From NCBI GenBank assembly GCA_016188605.1, contig JACPHP010000015.1, forward strand, positions 18,833-82,832: a DNA stretch of 64,000 bases, in the 5' to 3' direction. Both the position numbers and the translations under genes were made by a program. The DNA is from Candidatus Spechtbacteria bacterium. Its GTDB lineage: Bacteria; Patescibacteriota; Minisyncoccia; Spechtbacterales; JACPHP01. Each line of letters starts with the position of its first letter. Within the stretch, counting starts at the first letter, position 1. The notes under the pieces are model-generated. The model was not told the origin of the DNA and made no database searches. It worked only from the letters and a program-made list of their open reading frames with translations. Below are positions 56,870 through 64,000 of the stretch, piece by piece.

Positions 56870-57893
56870 GGATCAATGAGCATATCATCGTCCCACGCCA
56901 CCGGACGAACGGTTTTACCGTATCCTGGCGGCTTCCATCGAATGCTTCTTGCCAAGAAAACGCATCTGTTCACGCAATCGCACCATTTCGCTGAAACCCT
57001 TATCTGTAAGGTGTTCTTTATTGCGATACATAGTGACAATTCTCTTAAACAGTATGTATGTTTTTGCTTTCTTTGCTTGAAGATGATTTGCATCTAAAAA
57101 TGGAAAAAGATACGCTACCAAATCTTTTGAACTGGTAATTTTATACTTCGCGTGGGGGTACCATCCGTACCTCTCATACGAGCAATCATATATTTTCCCA
57201 CAACCAATTGTCACAAGAATTCGTTCGAGGATTTCACGATCATCTGCGCGGAGTTCGATTTCAAACTCGGCACGTATTTCGACAGAGCGAGGATGTTTAT
57301 AATCTCGTTCTTTTCGTTTTCCAACGCTTACCGCAAACGATCCTTCACCATCAATGAATCCTGCGACATATTGAGGAGGCAATTTTTTTCGATGAATTCG
57401 CTCCTTTCCAATCGGACCCTTCAAAGATAAATTTCTTTGGAAAGGTTTACGACTGGTACTACGAGCTCTGCTGACTTCTTGCATGGAATAAATAAAAATT
57501 ACTTTCTATCCTTCTATAATCCCAAGGTTATTTTACCGTGGAAATTAATACCAAACAAGATCTCCCCCGGTCATCTATAAAACAATTTGAAAACATCTCG
57601 ATCACCCTATACGTAGCAATAAATATACACAAAGTGACTTCCCCATGTACTCGAAGGGTGGTCTTATTACTACGCCTCAACAGTGATTCAAGCTATCTTC
57701 TGCTACCCTCGATTGTAGTTGTAACTATAATCGAGACCAAGTTTAACTTGATTTCGCCCTTCATCCTGGGGGTCACCCCTCGCAGGACTGCGATTTTGCT
57801 TCAAAGCGCTTTGTTCGCTTCGGTTGGACTTCTCACCAACAATAAAGTGGAAAGTCACCAACTCGTTCCATAAACTGCAGGGCACCCGAGTAC
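56870..57893 (-). mobile_element. Intron in 16S at ~S1391-1396 (after CTTGTAC) carrying a LAGLIDADG ORF
   Basis: Exon discontinuity CTTGTAC | ~1 kb | ACCGCCCGTCAC. No canonical S-element seen, so intron subclass is uncertain. Confidence 0.5.
56915..57484 (-). CDS. LAGLIDADG homing endonuclease (single-motif)
   Basis: YVAGFIDGEGSF motif. 189 aa. Confidence 0.8.
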   Translation of the reverse strand: MQEVSRARSTSRKPFQRNLSLKGPIGKERIHRKKLPPQYVAGFIDGEGSFAVSVGKRKERDYKHPRSVEIRAEFEIELRADDREILERILVTIGCGKIYDCSYERYGWYPHAKYKITSSKDLVAYLFPFLDANHLQAKKAKTYILFKRIVTMYRNKEHLTDKGFSEMVRLREQMRFLGKKHSMEAARIR

Positions 57894-58357
57894 AAGACTC
57901 GGGAACGTATTCACCGCGCCATAGCTGATGCGCGATTACTAGCGATTCCGGCTTCATGAGGTCGAGTTGCAGACCTCAATCCGAACTGGGGCTAATTTTG
58001 ATGGGATTTGCTCCGCCTTACGGCTTGGCGTCCCTCTGTAATTAGCCATTGTATCATGCGTGTTGCCCAGGGCATCAAAGGGTCATGCTGATTTGGCGTC
58101 ATCCCCACCTTCCTCCCCGTTATGCGGGGCAGTATCGTGTGACACATATAACACACAATAGGGGTTGCGTTTGTTACCGGACTTAACCGAGCGCCTCACG
58201 GCACAAACTGACGACAACCATGCAACACCTGCCCAATTGTCCTTGTGAGACATTCTCCCTTTCGGGAGAACTTCAACTGGGTGTCAAGCCCTGGTGAGGT
58301 TCCTCGTTTGTCATCGAATTGAACCGCATGATCCACCGCTTGTGCGAGTCCCCGTCT

Positions 58358-58389
<32 letters not shown>

Positions 58390-58796
58390 ACCCAGGCGGA
58401 ATACTTAACGCGTTAGCTTCGCCACGTGTAGGGTCGACACTACACACAGCTAGTATTCATCGTTTACAGCGTGGAATACTGGGGTATCTAATCCCATTCT
58501 CTCCCCACGCTTTCGTCCCTCAGCGTCAGAGTCATGCCAGCTGATTGCCTTCGCCTTTGGTGTTCCCCATGATATCAACGGATTTCACTCCTACACCATG
58601 AGTTCCATCAGCCTCTCATGCTCTCTAGTTTTGACGTTTCCTGCGCAGATTCAAGGTTAAGCCCTGAAATTTAACACTGGACTATCAAAACCGCCTACGG
58701 ACGCTTTACGCCCAATAATTCCGGATAACGCTCGGGGCCCTCGTATTACCGCCGCTGCTGGCACGAGGTTAGCGGCCCCTTATTCCTGAAGTACAA

Positions 58797-58940
58797 TCAA
58801 ACCGCTCCTCGCTACGCTCGGAGCACACCGATAAACGCAGATACGAACACGGATATACGCGGATATAATAATCCGTGTAAATCCATTTTCTTATCCGTGT
58901 GAATCCGTGTACGTTCCGAACGCAGTGAGGAACGGTCTTT
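58797..58940 (-). repeat. IVS-like insertion (family-A-related) in the 16S ~450-480 variable loop
   Basis: ~140 nt absent from E. coli 16S between ...CTGAAGTAC and GAAAAGCAGTTTACAACCCGAAGG. Shares cgaacacggatatac / ccgtgt words and a ccgaacgcagtgaggaac end with the 23S copies. Confidence 0.6.
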
Positions 58941-59284
58941 TTCCTTCAGAAAAGCAGTTTACAACCCGAAGGCCTTCATCCTGCACGCGGCGTCGCTCGG
59001 TCAGGCTTTCGCCCATTGCCGAAGATTCTCGACTGCAGCCTCCCGTAGGAGTAGGGCCCGTGTCTCAGTGCCCTTGTTGGGGGTCGTGCTCTCACACCCC
59101 CTACCCGTCATAGCCTTGGTGGGCCATTACCTCACCAACTAGCTGATAGGCCACAGGCCATTCCAGTACCACCTGAGTTTTACTTGCTCTTGCGAGCAAG
59201 ACCATCAAGTATTAGCTCCGATTTCTCGGAGTTATTCTTGAGTACTGGGTATGTTCCTATGTATTACTAACCCGTTCGCCACTA

Positions 59285-59400
59285 TCCTACGCTCCGCGCT
59301 ACGCGCGGAGCTACGGAATAGCAAGCTCTCCCATATTTTGAGCGCCTGCGATTCCGAAGCTCCTCACGCAGTGAGGAGCGAAGGATCGTTCGACTTGCAT
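59285..59400 (-). repeat. Structured insertion, family-B-related, in the 16S 5' domain (V1 region)
   Basis: cgctccgcgctacgcgcggagctacggaatagcaagctc...gcgattccgaagctcctcacgcagtgaggagcgaaggatcg. Confidence 0.5.
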
Positions 59401-59408
59401 GCCTTATC

Positions 59409-59440
<32 letters not shown>

Positions 59441-59940
59441 GAACTCTTAAAATAAACGAAGTTTATTTTAAGCCCATCCGAAGTTCCGACGAAGTCGGAA
59501 CGCAGGAGGGCCATACAAAACTTCGTTAAATACCAATTTGAAACAACTCTTGAATGTTCAACGTAAAGTTGCAGAGCAACCACGTTGCAAGCAACATAAA
59601 GGGCTCTACGCCCCACGTTGCAAGCAATAATTGTTTTTGTTTCTCGCACATTTGTATATTTGAGGGTGTTGCTCCTCGCCTATACGTTGCCCCCTTCGGG
59701 GGACTTGGCTCTAAAATGTTACGTAGAAATATAAATAAATATACTTCTACGTTTAATAATAATTACAACGTAAAGTTGCGTGGCAACTCCGTAAAGAGGG
59801 CGTGGCCCTCCACGGAGGGTTTTACGCCCCACGTTGCTTTACGCAAGAAAATGTAATTATTATTAAAGCTGATTCTGTTCAGTTGTTAATGTTCATCCGA
59901 AATATTTTCTATTAAATACAATACTTTCGGATACGTAGAC

Positions 59941-59969
59941 ATATTACACATTCGCTAATATCTTGTCAA
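59941..59969 (-). promoter_or_regulatory. Near-consensus sigma70 promoter (TTGACA, 17 nt, TAATAT) reading toward the 16S
   Basis: Direct reading on the minus strand. Followed by a ~480-nt leader with caacgtaaagttgc / cgccccacgttgc repeat words. Confidence 0.55.
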
Positions 59970-60132
59970 CAAAAGAATAAAAAAGGCGCGTGCCGAGTGG
60001 CAAGCGCCTTTGGTAATGCTTTGGAATTATTGAAGTTCGAGCGGGCTATCTGCCCAAAGATGCTTTATATCCTCTCGAAGCCCAAGATACTTTATTTGTC
60101 CAAGCGTAAGGGATGTAGCGTATATATAGTTG

Positions 60133-60360
60133 CTAGAAAAAAACACATTCGCTATAATGTCCGCTTCGGCAACGATCGCTTTCCTCGACTCGTAATTTCC
60201 TACGAGATCCCCCGACACCTCTATCATGCATGGTTAGGCCTAGTATAATCGTATTATCATTGACTTCTGGAAACTCTTCCCGCAAACAAGATTCGCATCT
60301 TCTTAACAGCCTATATGGCGTTGATCCTGACAAGCACACTTTGCATTGATAATTAGACAT
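60133..60360 (-). CDS. Hypothetical small Cys-rich (zinc-ribbon-like) protein
   Basis: CKVCLSG...RRCESC. Overlaps the upstream small ORF by 8 nt. Confidence 0.3.
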   Translation of the reverse strand: MSNYQCKVCLSGSTPYRLLRRCESCLREEFPEVNDNTIILGLTMHDRGVGGSRRKLRVEESDRCRSGHYSECVFF

Positions 60361-60613
60361 TCAGTACCTCCTTTAGAAAACAGTCCTCCGACAATCCAAT
60401 CTCTCTTGCTAGAATACGGCCAACTTCTTGGCGACGCTGTTCAGGCCATTTTGGCGTTGCGTCAAAGGAAAGTTGCGCGGCCATTTTTGCCAATGCCACG
60501 TGCTCCGGATTAGCGCAGACAGTAAAATTGCTTTCGACCGTAGAATCTTCACCGCAATAACGACATGCCAGATACATGCTCATTGCACATCCTCCTTTTT
60601 CTTCCTTCTTCAA
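60353..60613 (-). CDS. Hypothetical small protein (CRYCGED motif)
   Basis: 86-aa ORF, translationally coupled to 60133-60360. Confidence 0.3.
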   Translation of the reverse strand: MKKEEKGGCAMSMYLACRYCGEDSTVESNFTVCANPEHVALAKMAAQLSFDATPKWPEQRRQEVGRILAREIGLSEDCFLKEVLNV

Positions 60614-60627
60614 CCTGTCCCTACATT

Positions 60628-61647
60628 TTAGAATAGAAGATATGGCCGCACAATATCCATATTATTCTGTGCCCACCACACTCCTCCACCGACACACAGC
60701 GCGACAAGAAGACCAATGAATGCATACCCGATTGCGCTATCAACCGGGATTTCAAATGGCTTCTCGATAAGATATAGCACGAAGAATGTACCACCAATCC
60801 CGAGCAGCTGCGGCACTCCGAATACAGAACCAACCGCTATCGCCGCAAAGCCCAATAAAATAGTCGTCACCTGCATAATGGGATACGTCCTTGCGTTACC
60901 ATACCACCTGCTTGAAGCAATCAGAAGCCCCAAGTATCCAACAAAGCTACCCATCCAAAGTGCTCCCTGTTCAAAAACTTGCATGTAAGGAATAGTCGTC
61001 CTTAGCACATGGAGCCCCACGAATACGCCTAGCACCATGAATGCGGCAGTAGTCGCCTTTGCAACAGCATCCTCATCTTCAAAGCCAAGTGCATACATGC
61101 CCGGCGCTATTAAAACAGAGAAGCCGAGCATTCCCATAAAAGCCGCGACGGCAATAAAGCCTACCACCTCGTTCTGATAATACAGCGCAACTGCGCTCCA
61201 TACAAGAAAAAGGATTCCGAAAAACCGATCTGGCTTGTTGAATTGCACCGGATGAAGAGCCGCCGTTATGGTAAGCGCCACTCCGAAAAGAAGAGAACCG
61301 CCCAAGACCGGCCAGAGCTGATTTATTGCAGAGACCCAGTGTCCAGAGACAACGAGTCCAATGCTTGCGATGTAGAGCAGAACCTCGTATACCTCTTCGG
61401 GCACGTGCAAAAATATCTCAATAAGCCATCTGAACCATCGCGAGATCAAGTATCCAAAACAAATAACGGCGAGGGCAATTGCGAAAACCTGAAGGATATT
61501 CATCCATGTAACAAATCCCGCTGCTATCTGAAGCCCCGTGAGCTCTACGCAATCAGTACTTGGACCGCCTGCCAATACAGCCGTTGCGGGATAGAATGCT
61601 GATAGCCCCACCGCGCTAAGCAAAGTAAGAAGCAAAGAACGAAGCAC
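60628..61647 (-). CDS. Hypothetical polytopic membrane protein (~10 TM)
   Basis: Hydrophobic helices throughout. No motif recognised. Confidence 0.5.
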   Translation of the reverse strand: MLRSLLLTLLSAVGLSAFYPATAVLAGGPSTDCVELTGLQIAAGFVTWMNILQVFAIALAVICFGYLISRWFRWLIEIFLHVPEEVYEVLLYIASIGLVVSGHWVSAINQLWPVLGGSLLFGVALTITAALHPVQFNKPDRFFGILFLVWSAVALYYQNEVVGFIAVAAFMGMLGFSVLIAPGMYALGFEDEDAVAKATTAAFMVLGVFVGLHVLRTTIPYMQVFEQGALWMGSFVGYLGLLIASSRWYGNARTYPIMQVTTILLGFAAIAVGSVFGVPQLLGIGGTFFVLYLIEKPFEIPVDSAIGYAFIGLLVALCVGGGVWWAQNNMDIVRPYLLF

Positions 61648-61786
61648 GACTGCCCTCCTTATTGTTAAATACCAACGCCTACCTTAAGGCGTCTAGTGAA
61701 CAAAATATACCGTTTACACTAGCTAGTCAAATCAACTGAAATACCTAATAATAATGCGGACGAATTATCGTCCGCATTTTGTGACT

Positions 61787-62104
61787 TTACGCAAACATCA
61801 CTCCGCCCATTCCCCAGAAAACTCCTTTTGAGATTTCTTCTTCTCGGACAAGAACCCAGTCTGCTAAAAGCATTTCGTCTGAAATATCTGGCACATCTCT
61901 ATAAGCCTCAAGGATGATTTTACGTTCATCTTCAGACATGCCCATCAAAGTGAGAGCTTCCTCTGAAAGATGACCCATAGCATTATAGGCATCGCGCTCG
62001 TCTTCAAGAAGAAAACCTCTGGCCTCTTCTTCAGAATCAGCAAAAATTATTTTGCAATCTCCTTGCCGATATTGGCCACGTGTTTCGAACAGATATATTT
62101 TCAC
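61787..62104 (-). CDS. Hypothetical small acidic protein
   Basis: 105 aa, Glu/Asp-rich. Confidence 0.35.
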   Translation of the reverse strand: MKIYLFETRGQYRQGDCKIIFADSEEEARGFLLEDERDAYNAMGHLSEEALTLMGMSEDERKIILEAYRDVPDISDEMLLADWVLVREEEISKGVFWGMGGVMFA

Positions 62105-62180
62105 AGCCCACCTCCTGAATAAACATATATCACCTTTTACAGACAGTGTAAATAAAAAGCGCTCGCCGAAACGAGCGCTT

Positions 62181-62576
62181 TTATATTCTTTCTTCCGCGA
62201 AGAATGGAGTTTTGGAAATTGTGTACACCACGCGCTTTATGCCAACGATCTTCAACAACTCCATACAATCTTCGCAGGGCTTGGCTAGGGCAGGCGTGCC
62301 GTTTTTGAATTCGCGCCACACCCAAACCGTAGCTCCCTTCATTACGCTCAAATCAGCCTGCTTTATCGCATGCACCTCCGCGTGACGATACCAAACCGAC
62401 TTACGCCTTCCAGGAACTGAAATCGTTGAGGTCCCCATGCGATTGCAAGCAATACTCAATACGCTATTACCTTTTGTAATGACAGCTCCGACGCGAATAC
62501 GCCGCGGAAATGAATCCGCATTTCGAGCTTCTGCCCGAGCTAGCTGAAGCGGATAAGCCTGAAGCGAAATCTGCAA
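62181..62576 (-). CDS. dCMP/cytidine-type zinc-dependent deaminase (ComEB-like)
   Basis: RVGAVITKGNSVLSIACN ... HAEVHAI ... PCEDCMELLKIVGIKRVVY (H-A-E and PCxxC zinc ligands). Confidence 0.6.
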   Translation of the reverse strand: MQISLQAYPLQLARAEARNADSFPRRIRVGAVITKGNSVLSIACNRMGTSTISVPGRRKSVWYRHAEVHAIKQADLSVMKGATVWVWREFKNGTPALAKPCEDCMELLKIVGIKRVVYTISKTPFFAEERI

Positions 62577-62588
62577 AGAGCACCTCCT

Positions 62589-62813
62589 TCAGCATAGCGA
62601 GCTGGCATGTTCACGAAAACTCTTCCACTCATCTTCCAGCGTGCCTACGCGATACTCCAACCCGCCAATTCGGCCGTCCACACCATCAAGACGATTATCC
62701 ACACCATCAAAGCGCTCGTTCACTTTTTCAAAATCTTTCTGTATTGAACGCGCAAGAGGTTCCATTGCCTCCAACACGGCATCTTTTATATCTTGTTTAT
62801 TTAGCTCAGCCAT
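62589..62813 (-). CDS. Hypothetical small coiled-coil protein
   Basis: 74 aa with DGVDNRLDGVDGRIGGLEYRVGTLE repeats. Confidence 0.3.
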   Translation of the reverse strand: MAELNKQDIKDAVLEAMEPLARSIQKDFEKVNERFDGVDNRLDGVDGRIGGLEYRVGTLEDEWKSFREHASSLC

Positions 62814-62853
62814 AGATGCACTATATCACATTACTGGTAAAAAACATACAAGA

Positions 62854-63561
62854 TTACGAGCTTCGCCGGCGCGCTTCGCGCCAGGCGGCAATTTTTTTAT
62901 GGTCGCCGGACAAAAGCACTTTCGGTACGCGGTATTTTTTACCTTTGTATTCTAAAATTTCCGGACGAGTATAGTGAGGATATTCAAGCAATTCTTCCTG
63001 CTTCGCGTCTTTTTCTTTTTTTAATAAATTATTCCAGTGCGATTCTTCTTCCAGCGATTCCAAACGAATAACTCCAGGGACCAAGCGTGCAACTGCCGAA
63101 ACGATTGTCATAATAGCCACGTCGCCATCAGTAAGCACATACGGACCAATTGAAACCTCCTCGGCGCGCAATACTTTTTTCACGCGCTCGTCAATCCCCT
63201 CGTAGCGGCCGCTGACAAAAACTATGCGGTCGTATTTTTTAGCCCAGCTATATGCCGTTTTCTGGTTGAATGGTTTGCCTTTGGCAGACAGCACCACTAC
63301 TTTTGTTTTTTTACTCCGCGCGTCACCTACAATACTATCAAATGCCTTTAGTATCGGGTCTGCCAACATCACCATACCAGCGCCTCCGCCGTACGGCTTG
63401 TCGTCGGCAGTGCGATGTTTATCCACCGCAAAATCGCGTACGTTATACGTCGCTATTTCTATAATTCCTTTTTCCTGAGCGCGCTTCAAAATAGAAGCGT
63501 TGAAATAGCCTCCGAAGATTTCGGGAAATAGGGTTAGGATGTCGAAATGAAGGTGGGGCAT
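62854..63561 (-). CDS. trmD: tRNA (guanine37-N1)-methyltransferase
   Basis: DILTLFPEIF...ATYNVRDFAVDKHRTADDKPYGGGAGMVM pattern of TrmD (SPOUT). Confidence 0.85.
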   Translation of the reverse strand: MPHLHFDILTLFPEIFGGYFNASILKRAQEKGIIEIATYNVRDFAVDKHRTADDKPYGGGAGMVMLADPILKAFDSIVGDARSKKTKVVVLSAKGKPFNQKTAYSWAKKYDRIVFVSGRYEGIDERVKKVLRAEEVSIGPYVLTDGDVAIMTIVSAVARLVPGVIRLESLEEESHWNNLLKKEKDAKQEELLEYPHYTRPEILEYKGKKYRVPKVLLSGDHKKIAAWREARRRSS

Positions 63562-63685
63562 GATTACAAAATCTCAAAACTCAAATCGCAAAACTAAAAT
63601 CTAAATCGTAAATCTCAAATCTTCGCCGTAGTTTTAAGATTTGAGATTCAGTTTTGCGTTTTGCGATTTGATTTTTGAGATAATA
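63560..63685. repeat. 'atctcaaa' word-palindrome element
   Basis: caaaatctcaaaactcaaatcgcaaaactaaaatct ... gttttgcgttttgcgatttgatttttgagat. Confidence 0.55.
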
Positions 63686-63773
63686 ATCTTTATAACACAA
63701 ACGGCACTACAATTGTAGCACCGTTTGTGTTGATTCCGAAAGCCTTCAATTCGATTCAGGCCGAAGAATCTGA

Positions 63774-63992
63774 TTATATATTGAGATCTCCCATCGCATC
63801 ATCAACATTCGGTGCTGATTCGCGACGGCGAGCCGCTACGTGGGTTGAGCCTTCTGGCTCTTCAATCTTCAAGTTCACACGTGCATTGTTCTTGATGCCG
63901 ACAATTCGCAAAAGATTGCGGATTGAGCGGGCCGTCGAACCCTGCTGGCCAATCACTTGACCCATATCTTGAGGATGTACGTGGAGTGTCAA
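63774..63992 (-). CDS. KH-domain RNA-binding protein (KhpA/YlqC-like)
   Basis: MGQVIGQQGSTARSIRNLLRIVGI KH GxxG-like core. 72 aa. Confidence 0.5.
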   Translation of the reverse strand: MTLHVHPQDMGQVIGQQGSTARSIRNLLRIVGIKNNARVNLKIEEPEGSTHVAARRRESAPNVDDAMGDLNI

Positions 63993-64000
63993 AAGAACAC

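Overview
This is one contiguous piece of a small, SD-less bacterial genome, consistent with a CPR/Patescibacteria-like organism. Housekeeping genes read cleanly in the standard code: rpoB, rpoC, recA, ftsK, ftsW/rodA, rnj, trpS, rpsF-ssb-rpsR, trmD, secG, an NRAMP transporter, PGM, and a SIS-type PGI/PMI. The right half holds a fragmented, intron-laden rRNA locus on the minus strand: 23S (~7.2 kb) followed by 5S, tRNA-Ile and tRNA-Ala, and a 16S (~3.2 kb) unlinked from the 23S by ~10.5 kb. I count at least 7 group I-type introns, four of which encode LAGLIDADG homing endonucleases, plus several families of short insertion elements shared by both rRNAs. The host 16S 3' tail lacks the CCUCC anti-Shine-Dalgarno, and host genes lack SD motifs. 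The most unusual feature is a 5-gene cassette (48.7-55.7 kb) lying between the 16S and the tRNA/23S block. It has higher G+C than its neighbours and strong AAAGGAGG ribosome-binding sites on every gene. It encodes a divergent adenylosuccinate-synthetase (PurA)-like enzyme, a large nucleotidyltransferase-domain protein, a vWA-like protein, a degenerate kinase-like protein and an HhH protein. It is bracketed by inverted 35-nt twin-hairpin repeats and driven by near-consensus sigma70 promoters. I read it as a candidate, previously undescribed nucleotide-modifying or conflict module. Other accessory content: a type II R-M pair wedged between rpsR and recA; a hicBA-like TA pair with operator palindromes; a ~1-kb G+C-rich foreign island next to the 5S; and tRNA genes with partial duplicate copies. 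There are also abundant AT-rich word-palindrome elements at operon boundaries, one copy of which sits inside the 23S gene.
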